DNA of 63,994 nucleotides, counting the filler, from Guillardia theta CCMP2712 (lineage: Eukaryota > Protista > Cryptophyta), in assembly GCF_000315625.1 (NCBI RefSeq). It is 5 parts of 5 records of this genome, joined end to end, with 100 filler letters (N's around TTAATTAATTAA, not from the genome) between each part and the next. Parts side by side here need not be neighbours in the genome. Positions count along the whole stretch, not along the records: positions 45,762 to 62,643 come from NW_005434627.1; 4 more parts are not named here. The stretch is one strand, 5' to 3'. Below, in pieces: positions 49,210 through 62,429 of this stretch. Each line of letters starts with the position of its first letter. The stretch's first letter is position 1. A model generated the notes under the pieces. The model searched no databases. It saw nothing but the letters and a program-made list of their open reading frames with translations, and was not told the DNA's origin. Both the position numbers and the translations under genes were made by a program.

Positions 49210-49959
49210 TTACTTGGCCTTCAAGACACCAATGGTCTGCTCAAGGACCTGCTGGGCAAGCTTGCTGTTGACCTCAGCCGCCTTGAAGTCGATCTTCACC
49301 AACATCTCATCATCGTAGGTGCCAGCGCGCTTGCCGGTGTACTCCTTGGGGGCACGGCTGCATCCACGGTGATCGAAGATGGTGATCTGGGGAGCTCTGA
49401 GGTCAAGGTTGCCCTGGATGGCGAGGTTCTCGCGGCGGAACTCGTTGACGACATCGTCAGTGGGGAAGGGGATCTTCTGGTTGGCGACCTTGACGAGCAT
49501 CTCGTCGTTCTCATCACCAGCCTTAGGGCCGTTGTACTCCTTGTTCTTGTGCTCCTTGCAGCCACGGTTGTCGAAGATGGTGATCACGGGAGCGAAGGCG
49601 GGACCCATGTTGGAGTTCTTGCTGGAGTAAGGGCTAGCGGTGCTGTATCCGGCAGCCATGCGGAGGCCAGTCTGCAACGATCATCAGTTCACATACACAA
49701 CAATGGGTAATGATCGGCGTTGCATCAGAACAACAACACAACAAGACTTCCTCTCATGGGTACAGTTCAAGTTCCCCTGCCGTCAGCGGCCTCGAGAAAC
49801 CAGTACAATCACAACTTGTCCCACAACAACACGAACGACAGCGAATGACTGTTCCCATCATGAGTTTCATCTCACCGCAGAGCGAGGAGCGACAGGGGCC
49901 GGAGCGAAAGCGGCGGCGGATCCGAGGACGGCAGCAACAGCAGCAGCGCGGGTGAGCAT
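49210..49959 (-). CDS. cpeA: CpeA/CALM-family protein with two tandem chromophore-binding domains; exons 49959-49876 and 49671-49210
   Basis: Exon 1 encodes MLTRAAAVAAVLGSAAAFAPAPVAPRSA, followed by an in-frame GTGAG..TTGCAG intron. Exon 2 encodes APVITIFDNRGC..EYNGPKAGDENDEMLVKV and APQITIFDHRGC..EYTGKRAGTYDDEMLVKI. Confidence 0.92.
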
Positions 49960-50654
49960 GGCGGGGGAGTGGGACAAAGGCGGAGGAGCAGCTCCTGGAA
50001 AAAGACCCTCCGTCTGACGGGTTTACTACCCCTACCCTATATTTGTGAGTTCCAAATGGGGGTACTTTGACCCCTCAAAGGTACCCACCCCATCAGACAA
50101 TTAGATCGCCCACTTGTCGTGTTAGTACCCCTGTAATGATCTGGTATCCACAGGCTATGGGTGGGGTACTCGATCGAGGAGCAAGCTATCCACCCTGTTC
50201 TACAAGATTCTCAGGGAAAGTACCCACCTTTTGGAACAGATTTTTGGGTCAAAAGTACGGGTGGTGATAACCCCACCGTATATCTCCTCTTCAATCACCC
50301 CACCTCTGCAGTCAGGATCCGCTAGAGTGACCCACCACTCATCAACACGTAGAAATGGGGGGGTAGTGGGGGTAGATAACAGGATCGAAATTGTTTCTTG
50401 GGGAGAACTGCAGAGTAAGAGTTTTCAGTCAATAAATTTTATCGTATACTTGATAAAGGTAAGTATAAATATTCCCTACAAATATTAATAAATGATTTTT
50501 TTGTTAACAAGTACTAAAAACAGGCGGCCGATAGTCGTCCAGCTAAAGGAGAAAACGAAAGGCCAGAAAGACCGAACTTGATCATCCGTCACGAGTGGCG
50601 GCCGGGCCGGGCCGCGGACTCGGCGACATGTACCGCGGGCCCCACCGAGTCTCG

Positions 50655-50714
50655 TTTACTCAAAGTTAAGTTAAAAATCAATACCAGTGGCACTTTAACT
50701 TACCTTTGAGTAAA
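50655..50714. repeat. Inverted repeat with 21-bp arms and one mismatch
   Basis: TTTACTCAAAGTTAAGTTAAA ... TTTAACTTACCTTTGAGTAAA. Confidence 0.85.
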
Positions 50715-51532
50715 GGGCACTGGCACCGCCGACGGTGAAGTAAAGACACTGCAGTGCGAACTTCTCACCGTTCCGAAGTTCAGCAACCCGGCCCGGGGCG
50801 TGTGACTGCCGCAGTGCAGTCGCCGCGGCCCCGGTGATCGGACGCCGGGCCGCGCCGCCGCACTGATCGCACTACGCCGGGTCCGGGCCCGCCGGCAAGT
50901 GACTCAGTGAGACCGGCGGTCCGATCGGACGGGCCGCCGCGGCCGCCCGGCCGGGCTCTGCCTCAGTGAGTCTTTTTTTTTCTTCTTTTTCTTCCTCCTT
51001 TACAGCCGTACAATCCGCGAAAACCACCCTACCCCCTTTTCTCCAAAAATATTGATGACCCGTAATTTCGTAATTAAATATACGGGTAGAAATGAGAAAT
51101 AGGGGACCCCACCCTCACGTTTGCTATCTTTCCTTGCGTTTCATGCGACCTGCCCGCATCGGCTCCTGCTAGCACGAGCCGGGCAGAGGAACCCCCACTC
51201 CCCCCCCTCACTAAGACCTCTTCTTTCTCTTCCTCTCTCCTCCTCTCCTCTCTTGTCTCCTCTCTTCTCTCCTCTCTTGTCTCCTCTCTTCTCTCCTCCT
51301 CTCTCCTCGCTCCTCCCGTCTTCCCTCGACCTTCTCTACTTGTCTTCAGCTTGAATCCCTCCTCTTCATCCCCTCTCCCTCTTCGCCCCTCCTCTCCCAC
51401 AACACCCCCACAACAGCTTCCCCTCCCTCGTCCCCACTCAAATTCAATCTTGTTCTTGTTGCGCACAGCCTTCGCTCGGATCAGCAATCTTCGCAACCTC
51501 ACATCTCATTGCGGAGCTCCTGCATACCCAAA

Positions 51533-52553
51533 TATGAAGTCTAGCTTCACCCTTATCCCCGTGCTCCTGCTGGCTTTCAGCCCTGAGCTCGCTACCTGCT
51601 TCGTTGGCGTCACTCCCGGGACCCTTCGCACCCCCAACAGGCTCCCAATCCTCAGGGGTACTCCTTCTTCCAAGGTGCAAGCAGCGCAGGGCTGTCCTTG
51701 GAGGAGAGCAGGCATGATCTGCGCATGTCAGGGTCACCCAGTGGGGGGCAGGGAACGGCCCCGAGCGCGGAGGAGGGGAACTTCTTCACAAGGATAGTCA
51801 AGGAGCGCTCGCTGTCGACCCTGGGCTGCCTGGCCGGCATCCTGGCCGGCTCTTACATCTCCTACCAGCTGATCAAGCTCGTGCTGTGGGGCGTGTCGAA
51901 GATCCTCAGCCTCTTGCTGGTTAACCTCTGCACCCTCTATCCCTTCCCCTTCTGCTACTGGGTTGTTCCCAAATGGGTGGCGCCAGTGATCTCGGGAATA
52001 GTCGTGCTGCTTACAATTGGCCCAATCCTCGCGTACGCTCCTTCGATGATCAGCAGCGCGGCTGTTCCCAAGTTCGAGCTAGAGCGACAGGTGACGGGGA
52101 ACGGGATGACGCTGGAAGTTCGAAAGTATGACGCAATGTCAGTGGCTGAGATGGATGCGGTAAGAACGCAGTGCAAGTGATGAGGAGATGGTGATGGTGG
52201 AGGTGGCAGTGATGATGGAGATGATGGAGATGATGATGATGATGATGATGATTGTGAATGGATGGATTCGTTGGAAAGGATTGAAATGGACCTGGACTAG
52301 AGGAGGAGGAGGAGGTGGTGGTGGTGGAGGAGGAGGTGGTGGTGGTGGTGGTGGGATGACAAGATCTTTTCAGCCTGGCGACACGGTGCGAGACCGGATG
52401 AGCTTCTCGTTTGCACGTCTCACCAACTACCTGACTGGAAGAAACGTCGACAACCGGACAAGACGATCTGTCAGGCTTGGCATGAGCGGTGAAGTGGAGG
52501 AGGAGGAGGAGGAGGAGGAGGAGGAGGAGGAGATGGTTGTAATGGTGGTTGAG

Positions 52554-52584
<31 letters not shown>

Positions 52585-53128
52585 GTGGGAGGGACTGAAG
52601 GAGGCCCAGGAATGATCATGATGAAGAGCCCTGCCAACGGGAAGAACACCGCATCCCTGATCCTTCCCTCTGCCCCATCCTATCCGATTCCCATGGACAA
52701 CGACATCTACGTCCGGTGGGACCCGCTACCTCCCCTGCACCGGCGCCTCCTCCTCACCTTTCTCTTTCAGGACCATCCCACCAACGAGGTACGCTGTGGT
52801 GTCCTATGTCGGCGCCCTGCCCAACGATCAGGTCAGCTCCCTCCCCCTCCTTCTCGCCCCTGTGCCATGACTATGAGATATTGACATGTGTCGTGCCCAG
52901 GAGCTGAAGGATCGGGTGGAGGCGGTGAGGAACTCTAGAGCCTTGCCAGCGACTCTACTCACTCTCACCCTCAGGTCCGAGCTCTTGCCCAGCAGTTCAA
53001 CATGAAGGTCAAGGACGAGCCCATCGTCGGGCAGGTGCGTGATCGCGCCGGTCGTTCGGGCGCGCCTCAGGTCAGCGCAGGTCCTCTCCCAGCTAAAGAC
53101 GGAGATTTTCATCCCGATGGAGGAATAA
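51533..53128 (+). CDS. SOUL heme-binding-like protein with signal peptide and membrane helices, multi-exon
   Basis: MKSSFTLIPVLLLAFSPELATC|F presequence and hydrophobic helices. VPKFEL..LEVRKYDAMSVAE, SFARLTNYLTGRN, YPIPMDNDIYV and KTEIFIPME match the SOUL pattern. Confidence 0.65.
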
Positions 53129-53169
53129 GGGTCAGGAGTGTGAAAGCTCTAGAGCCAAAACCTAATGAG

Positions 53170-54921
53170 CTACTCCCGTGCTTCTTTAATCTCCTTCATC
53201 TTGTCTACCTCCTTGGCTCTCGCCCTCGCCAGCCCCCTCGGCTCCTCCTTGACCCTCGCCTGCTCAGCCTTCTCTTCCTCCTTTCTCTCTCGTTCCTGCC
53301 TCTCCTCCCTCTCTCTCCTCTCCTTCTCCCTCTCCTCCCTCTCCTTCTCCCTCTGTCTCTTCTTGAACTCCCTCGTCGTCTGTACATAATCCTTGTAGTT
53401 CATCGACGTCGCTGTCGTCACGCTGCTGGTGGATGGCGAGCGAGCCAGGTCTTCATCTTCCAGGTCCTCCAGGATGGCCTGCATGGCTGCGCTAGGAACA
53501 GCAGTGAACCTGTCCCACGACGTTGTCCTTGTGATGCGGTAGGAGTACTGACTGGGAAGGCGAGAAAAGTCGTCTGCCGATCCCAACCTCTGAAAGAACT
53601 CGCTCGCGCTGCGAACCAACATGATCAAAATCCGAACATAATGATTCGCAGCAAAGAAATCCAAGGGAAGGGAATAGGTAGGAGCAGCACGTTCATGAAC
53701 AGGAGATGAAAGGGAGCACCAGGAATAGATGAGACAGCAGGAGAAAGAAGAGGAGGATAAAGCATAGCAGAATCAAAGCAGTAGGAGCGGCTGAGGAGCA
53801 GTTGCAAGAGCAGCCGCAGGCAGGCAGAGGAGGGAGAGCAAGAGGAGCAGCAGCAGAGGAGGCGGCGGCGGAGAAGGAGGAGGAGACGGAGGAGGAGGAG
53901 GAGGAGGAGGAGGAGGAGGAGGAGGAGGAGACGGAGGAGGAGGAGGAGGAGGAGGAGGAGGAGGAGGAGCAAATGAGAAGTCCTCACATGGATCCCTCCT
54001 TGTCCAGTCCCTTGACCTGAATCGTGACCACAGCTCATTCTCAGCATGCAGAGATAGCAAACAAGCTCACCAGAGGCTTCGAGAGCTCTTGATACACGAA
54101 GTAGCTCATGTACGCACAGAAGGCCAACCCGGGAAGGGCAGCGAACAGATACATCCTCACTCCTGAATCTTCGAGGTCAGCAGCGCAAGGCGATCATAAG
54201 GCTTCTAACCTCCCTCCCTCTCCTCGCTGTCTCTCCCCCCTCTCCTCACCGTCTCCCCAGAAGATGATGACGACGAGCAGCAGCACGAAGGGTAGGAAAT
54301 GCGCCGGGATGCTGTGAAAGGTCCCGCGCATCTGCAGAGGCTGGTATGCTGGCAGTTCGTCCTTGCGGAGCCCCTCAGTCACGAGCTTGCGCAGCAACAA
54401 GACGTCCCTCCTCTTGAGCCGGATAACATGCTCTTCTGACTGGTCGTCAGAATTCACTAGGCTCATTATGCTTCCGCCGTCCCTGGACCGCTGCTTCTTC
54501 AAGCGAAAGAGCTGGGAGGGATATGAATACGAGGACATGTCCGAGACTGAAGGCTGGAAGGGCTTGTGCCTTGACTTGTTACCATCTATCACTATGGACG
54601 TGGAATGTGTTGACATGTTGGTGGAGATCAAGTTCACCAAGAGGATACGGAGCGGAAGACGGAGAGGAGAGGAGAGGAGAGGAGGAAAAGGGGAGTCTCT
54701 GAACAGGGGGAGAGCAAGAGAGGAGGAGTCCGGGAGGAGGAGATGACGAGGGGGGGGGGAATGTGGAAAAGGAGCCTCGGAGGACAGAGAGCCAGTGAGG
54801 AGGAGGGGGAGGAGGAGGAGGGGGAGGAGGAGCAGGACAGCGGCAGGAGGAGGAGGAGGTCAAAGCGGCTCGCCCAGCACCGCGGGCAGCTTCAGCACCG
54901 GCGGCCCCGCGCTCCCAGCCA
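53170..54921 (-). CDS. Hypothetical multi-exon protein with a charged coiled-coil C-terminus
   Basis: Protein-like exons (ORFs 54194-54640 and 53170-53664) separated by microsatellite-filled introns. No family recognised. Confidence 0.45.
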
Positions 54922-56704
54922 TGATCTTGCCGAGTCCGCCGGTTGTCGAAACAAAAAGTTTGACTGACGATCAAGTTCAAGTACCGGGTGGTTCTACCGG
55001 GCCTGGAAGGGGTCCGGTTCTCAGTCCAGCCCGGCCGCCGATGGCGCAGGTCGGACCCGGACCTTCTTCACGGGCCCGGGCCGAGTAACGGTCATTTGTT
55101 TCGGTAACGGTTTTAAAAAGAGTAAAATACAAATGATGGGTGCAGAGTAGGGGAATCAAAAATACTTTTAATGTGGGCAGTTGTAGATATGCGAGCCATG
55201 GAACCAAATACGATGGTTCTGGTACAAAAAAACAGTACCGATAGCCCAAAATGTACCGAATCTTCATACAATAACTTTCAGAAGATCATATACAATATTG
55301 TAAGAGAACTACTGTGATGAGTTATTTGTACCTTTTGCAACTTTCTTGGTAGGGGAGAATCATTCAGTACAGTACTGTTTTTAAAATATCCTTTGTAAAA
55401 TAGACCGTGCCCCCTGCAAAGACCAGCCTCGACTCCCCATTAAAAAAAGCCGACCACCAGATGACCCCACCCCCCTCCTTCCCAATAATTTCAAGTAGGG
55501 GTGTACGAAATTTGATACACCCCCACCCCTGAATTCCCCTTGAAATACCCCTGAATATATGGTCATGGCTTTACGGTACCCCACCAGCCTTTTCAGAGAT
55601 TCAGGAACCAACCCGGTCATTCCGACCTGACCCACTACCCCTCCATGCCCCACAGACACACCACCCCTCCTTCACACCATATTCTTTCCACCACCCCACC
55701 CGTTGCAATGACTTTTGTATTTTACTTATTCACTTTCGTGTCCACCGACAATTATTCCGATCATACCACCCCCCCTCTTCCTCAGCGCCCCGCAAAGGGG
55801 GTTGCTCTACCCTCTTCAAACAGGTCCACTAGCACCCCCCTTTCCACATTCACACCTACCACCCCTACCCTCGTCACACTCATCCAAGTTTTATTTGACC
55901 ACCCTACCCCATGATTAGCTTCCCCCTCCTGGCAGGACCACCCGTGGCCTTTCTGGCTTTTGACTGATAGGTACTTGTACTACCCCCAGCGACCTCTACA
56001 GCAACCATTTGACCACCCATGGCTGCAGTCCCATTCTTCCTCTGACCACCCCGTCCTTGGACCGTCCATCTATACCCCACCCCCGAAGTTACACGCCAAG
56101 TCAAGGGTAGATACGATCTTGGTATGGAGATTTCCCTGAAAACATTTTTTATTCTTAAAACTATTTTGATATCTTTTTATGAAAAAGAGTCTTTTCAACC
56201 TGCTGCGCCCCCTCCCAGTACCAATCCGCTAGCAGGGCTTGACTACAATTGTTTTATTCTGTAGCAAGAAGACATATAGAGTTTTACGCCTATAAATCTT
56301 TTACATCACAGCGGCGGTTATGGCTCCCAGAGGATGCAGCGAACTCCAGGAGGCAGCGGAGGAGGAGGAGGAGGGAGGGAGGGAGGGAGGGCAGCACGGG
56401 ATATCGCATTGCAAAAGGATATGTGGCAAGAGGAAGGAGGGCAATGGAGAAGGATGCCATTCCACAGGATACGAATCAGCATTGATCAATGGCAGTAGCG
56501 AGCATGACACAATGCATGACAGCAGGAGATTAGGAGGATGAGAGTACAACTCTGACATCCATAACCCTGAAATAAGGGATAAAGTTTTAGCGCACGTCAG
56601 ATCAGAGAGACGAGATTGGGCAATTTCTTGGTAGATTCAGCCATTCTCTGGCGTGTGTAAATCTTTTCGAGCAAGCTAGACGCAACGCGCTAGTGCGCAC
56701 GGCG

Positions 56705-59403
56705 ATGGTTCAAACTCACGTCTTCCGGGTGCAGGCATCAGTTGAGACCTGAAACAATTTCGACCAGCAAGAAAGGAATCACGCCTGGTGCGTCAGATCT
56801 GCTGGCAGTCGTCAGCGAGCTGATGTTGAGCAGAGAAGGCGAGGGGGCAAGGGACTGGTAGTAGCAAGCCAACCTTAGCCGAGGTGCCTCTTGTTGTCTC
56901 GTTTGCGATCTAGTGGGCCTGAACAAGTGTACAGAGGTTCTCAAACGTGATGGGCGGAGCGATATCATCGAGGAAATCTTCAAAGCCCTTGGTGACACTT
57001 GGTCGATGAATCTCAATGAAGTGAAGTATTTTGGTCAGGCGGCAGCAGCAGATAAGGACAACTCGCAGAACAATCGCCGGCTGTCAGTAGCAGGTGCATT
57101 GGCTCCGAGTTAGCATGAGCTTGTCGTCACTGCGATCTACCTAGGTGACAAGAAGAACTTCCCCGTAGCCGAGAAAGGAGTTGTCGGGCAGGTACGAGCT
57201 GACAGTCTCCATTAGTCATAAACAACAAGTCACGACGACAGCGATGCTTTCATTCTCAAACTATCTTGCAGACGCTAGATCGTGGCTCGAATGCCTTCAT
57301 CAACTACTTTGCAATGTCGAATGCTGGTTTGTTCCATGTTGCTCTCATGCCGCTGGTGACTGTGTTGCTCTCGGAAGGATACGAGCCTGATGGCATCAAG
57401 AAAACCAATCAGGCAAGTGAGGTTTATCACCGCATTAGTTCGACTCATATGCTGAATACCAGGATGCCTTCATATCGATGATGGAGTTTGGCGACCCTTC
57501 AGTCTCCTTCTTTGGTATCACAAGAGCATGGGTTGGTTGCTTGTCCTCTCTTGATGATTCAAATGTCAGGTGTATTTGATGGGCATGGAGCAAGCGGGCA
57601 TTTTGTATCTGGTTGATGAAAACTGAATTCTTACAAGTGCGATTGATCCTTGTGTCCAGGATATGTGAAGAAGGAACTGCCAAAGCTGATTGACAAAGAA
57701 ATCTTAAAGTAAAACATCTCATGGATTTTGTCAAGCAAAATTGATCATGTTTTGTTCAGACAAGAATCTCAAAAGAACGATGTAGATGAAGACCTTGTTG
57801 GTAAAATTCTGATACAGGTGCTCGTTCTTACTGAGAAAAGGAAAAGGGGTTCTGAGTGAAATGTTATCAGGCCTTTGAGAAGATTAACAACAAGCTGGAA
57901 AGCGACAAGGTCGATCCGAGCTCACATACTGAAGCAACATGCTTCGTCCCCTGACTCGCTGTATGCTGCAGTCCATCGATTCCAGTCTGAGTGGAACGAC
58001 AGGTGATAACTACAATGATATTCTTGATGCATGATTTTTGAATTGTCTTGTGAAATCTTGCGATCCCCATCTGACATGTACGTGATGTCAGCTGTTGGAG
58101 GATTTATCTTAGGAAAGAATCCAAAATCTCGAACAGTATGCCTGCTGTTGACCATTGCAATGATCTTCTCATCGAACGTCGGAATAGATTGTCATGGCAA
58201 ACTCTGGCGACTCCAGAGCTATCATTGGCTATGAGAAGGTTATAATGCCTTGCAGTCGAGGTCGTGTTTGTTGTGATCGTCAACCATTCCAGGGAGGAAA
58301 ATATCTGGCTGCCGAACTCTCTATCGACCAGAAACCAGGTTTGATAGCAGTCGTTGAGAGATATCAGGCTGTGATGGTATGGGCTACAGACCGACCCGAT
58401 GAGAAAAGTAGAATCATCAGCTGCGGAGGAAGGGTCGAGGTTGATTTCTTCTCCTCTCGTCCTCCTCGTTGATCGCGTGGCAGCCCCTGATGGATGAGAA
58501 TGGTTATGCCATCGGCCCTCACCGAGTTTGGTTGCCCAACATGATGCTTCCTGTGAGGCTCACCCTCTCCCTCCTCCGCGGCGACTCTTCTCCTGCCTCC
58601 CTCCTCTGTGATTGCTCCTTGATCCCCATGCCGCTTGTTCCTCGCCTCTGCTCTCCTCCCCCTTCTTGTTGGATAGCTCATGCTCGTTAGGGATTGGCCA
58701 TGGCGAGATCCATCGGCGACGACATCGCATCGAGTGTGGGAGTGCAAGCGACCCCAGGCGAGAAGTTGTTCTCGTTTCTTTCATGCGACTGACAGAGGCG
58801 TTCAGAGATCATGACGTACAAGATCGAAGAGAAGGACAAGTTCATGGTCATTGCTTCTGATGGAGTAAGCCTCAACCCCTGCCCTCCATCCTCGCCGTCG
58901 CTTCACTCACAAGCTTTCAGGTGTGGGAGTTTCTGTCGAACGAGCAGGTTGTTGAGATCGTCAAGGGATGTCAAGGAAACCCGGAGAAGTGAGAAAGTCT
59001 ATCTTCACCTTTTGTGCTTCCCTGCCCTGCCCTGCCCTGCCCTGCCCTGCCCTGCCCTGCCGTCCCTTCTGCGCTGCTCTCTCTCCTCCGTCATACTGCT
59101 ACTACTATTCCTCTTATTTCCGTGGCTCTTCGTTCACGATAAGCCCTGGAGCACTGTTTGATGTGAGATTGTCTTCAGAGCTGCCTCCGAGTTGTGCAGT
59201 CGCTCTCTGCGCTGCTGGAAGGCAGAAGAAGAGGTGAGGAACTTGAGGCAGGCGTTCATCTTCTCGTCTATCCTCGTTGCTTGTTCGCGATCCTGCTGCT
59301 GCTGCTGCTGCGATAGTGTCAAGTGTCGAACTTGTCGGTGTTCTCAAACTGTTTCCAGGTCGTCGATGACATCACCGCTCTCGTTGTGTACTTTAAGCAT
59401 TGA
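56705..59403 (+). CDS. PP2C (PPM) family protein phosphatase, many short exons
   Basis: Spliced motifs KKTNQD, GVFDGHG, SLSGTT, ANSGDSRAI, LSIDQKP-DRPDEKSRI, GLAMARSIGD, FMVIASDG-VWEFLSN and DDITALVVYF, then a stop at 59401-59403. The start is approximate. Confidence 0.92.
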
Positions 59404-59539
59404 TTCTCTCCCATGTTTGTTGCGCCCCATTTGAGCAGGCAGAAGAGTCTCTGCCATTCGTTTTGCAATGGCGCTGGCAGACATGACATGTCGCAATCAT
59501 CTGTTTTTGTTACGACAGTGTAAGATTTCAACATGAATA

Positions 59540-59739
59540 ATCGTCATTTCTTGCAGCTAAAGCTTCAGCTCTCAGCGAAGAGATTCCTGGATGTCGGCCA
59601 TAGTCACCATGTCATACAGTCACAGTCACTCTGCCGCAGCTCTTGTCCTCCCGCCATCATTAGCAGCAGCATCTCCATCATAATTATCATCTCGATCATA
59701 ATTGTTATCATCATCAACAACAACAACCGCAACATAATT

Positions 59740-59770
<31 letters not shown>

Positions 59771-61197
59771 CCTCTGCATTCATTCCACACACAACAGCAA
59801 CCAACCTTGCCGCTTGCTCTCTCATGGATGTGATGTCCTTGAGCGGGATTCTTCCACTTAGCTGTAGAAAGCAAGTCCTCAGTACTTCCCTCCCCTCCTC
59901 TCGTCTCCCCTCCTCCTCTCGTCTCCCTCCCCACGTCTCCTCTCGTCTCCCCTCCCCTCCCCTCCTCTCCCCTCCCCTCCTCCTCTCCACTCCCCTCCCC
60001 TCCTCCTCTCCTCTCCCCTCCCCTCCTCGTCCCTTCCCCCTCCTTTCTCACCCTAATGCGAGCGAGGGGTGACGTGAGGCCAGCAATCGACTCTTTGGCA
60101 CCTCCTCTTCCTCCTACGTCTGTCGTGATCTGCTCCTCTCGCACAGGCTCGATCTCATCCTCCTCCTCTCCCTCCTGCTCTTGGGGACGAGAGGGAGGAG
60201 CTTGATCTGAACTCCTCTCCTGCCATGGCATGAGAGGGCAGGGAGGTCAAGAAGTCACCCACCTCGTCGAGGAGAGGAGCAACGGAGTAGGTGAGCCTCG
60301 CTAACTTGCCATCCTCTGTCATCAGATGTGAGGAAGGAAGGAGTGAAGAAGATAGAGAAAGACGAGGAGGAGGAGCGGAGGAGAGAGGACGAGGGGGAGG
60401 GGGAGGGGGGGGAGAAAGGTCTCAACCTCCCCGAGTGGAGGAAGGAAGGCTGGATGAAGTTTGGCGCCTGACAGACGCGCAGACATTGAGGTCGATCATC
60501 TTCTCCTGCAGCTACTGCTCAGCGACAGGAGGAGGAAGAGGAGGATGAGGAGGAGGAGGAGGAGGAACCTCGAGGGCGAGAAAGCTCGCGAGAGATTCGC
60601 TGCCTGTAGAGCGACGTCAATCGTGAAGGAGAGATGATGGGAAGGAGGGAGAGGAGATGATGGGAAGGAGGGAGAGGAGATGATGGGAAGGAGGGAGAGG
60701 AGAGCAGAGCAGAGCAGAGCAGAGGAGGGGAGCGGAGGGGAGAGGAGGGGAGAGGAGAGGAGAGGAGAGGAGAGGAGAGGAGAGGAGAGGAGAGGAGAGG
60801 AGAGGAGAGGAGAGGAGAGGAGAGGAGAGGAGAGGAGAGAAAGATTGTCTCACCAAGCACCTCAACGATCCTCATGACGGCGGTGAGAAAGTCTTGGATG
60901 AGATCCTGCAAGCAAACAGGATGAGGAGCGAGCAGAAGAAACTCTCATGCTCTTCCCTTCGGCGGCTCAAGCTCTTCCTGTCGCTTCCTGCGATGAGGAT
61001 CCGTCGGTCGGCGTACAAGAGACGAGCTGGAGGAGGAGGGGACGATCGGTAAGCTGGAAGCTCCTGGAGCAGATTCTGCAATATGTTCAGCAGAGAAGGT
61101 TGGGACAGGCGCCTGACCTCGTGGAGGGAGCAGAAGTGTTTGAATCGCTTCATCATGCTCCATGAAAGGCTGCCATGAACCGATCAAGACAAGAACA

Positions 61198-61284
<87 letters not shown>

Positions 61285-61938
61285 CTGCTCCTTGCCCTTC
61301 TGCCACTGCGCCTGCTGCTCCCCCAATGCTCACCGCTTGTCGCACGGATGTGAAACTTCGAGAGTGTAAAACGTGACACCGTCGATGAGATCTGAGGGCG
61401 AAAAACGAGAAGCGAGAAGATGAGAGAGAAAATGACGCTTTGAGTGAAGAGAGGAGAAGAGAAGAGGAGAAGAGAAGGAGAGGAGAAGAGAAGAAGAGGC
61501 GAGGAGAGGAGAAGAGGAGACGAGAAGAGAAGGAGAGAGCAAGGAGGGGGGAGGGGAGGATCTGACTACCTGCCCTGGTGACAGTAGCTGAGGGCAGCTG
61601 CAGAATGAGTCATAAGAGGAGAAGAGCAGGAAGGAGAAGTGCAAGCAAGGAGGGACGGGCCCATGGAGAAAGGGGGAAGAGGGAGAGAGGGAGAAGGGAG
61701 AGAAACAGCGCAGGGGACAGGGAGGGGAGGGGATGGGAGGGAGGGGAGAAAGGTCACAGAGAGGAAGGAGGGTGGAGGAGACGGGGTTCTTTACCAAGGA
61801 GGGATGCGGGGAGAGGGCGAGGAGGAGGAGCCAAGAGGGCCAAGACTTCAACCAGAGGACAGGAGAACGACGAGCGAGAGATTGTCCGAGACAGATGTCT
61901 GCGTTGAGAATGTCAACCCTGCAGCAGCAGCAGCAGCT

Positions 61939-61974
<36 letters not shown>

Positions 61975-62429
61975 CCCCCTCCCCCTCCTGCTCCTGCTCC
62001 TCCTTATTCTACTTGTTCTCAGATGTCTACCGACCGACTTCTTCCTTTTCTTTCACCGGCCCTCGACTTTCCCTTACCTGCCAGTCTTTCTTCTGCTTCG
62101 AAAGCGCGACGGCGCTGCGGGGTAAACAGATTCAGCACGTTGAAATCTCGTGTCATCGCAGAGCTGTCCAGCTGAGTTGGACATCGATCGATCTCACCTG
62201 CTCATGCAGCTCCATCTGCATGCTCTCTAGCGCATGGCTCAGCTTCTGCAGCTCAACACGTCACTGGCCACCAGAGGGTCCGAGGGATCGGGTGCCTGCA
62301 TGTTCGATCGCTCGGCCTGAAGGCTCTCGACTAGCGAGATGTGGTTGGGCGTTGTTGCCATCCGCACGCTCCTCGTGACGACTGCAGGCTGACGTCACCA
62401 TGGCGTCACAAGCGGCAGCAGCTGACATG
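59540..62429 (-). CDS. Hypothetical multi-exon protein
   Basis: Short protein-like exons (e.g. DLIQDFLTAVMRIVEVL, MKRFKHFCSLHE, WKNPAQGHHIHERASG) between simple-repeat introns. Boundaries approximate. Confidence 0.4.
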
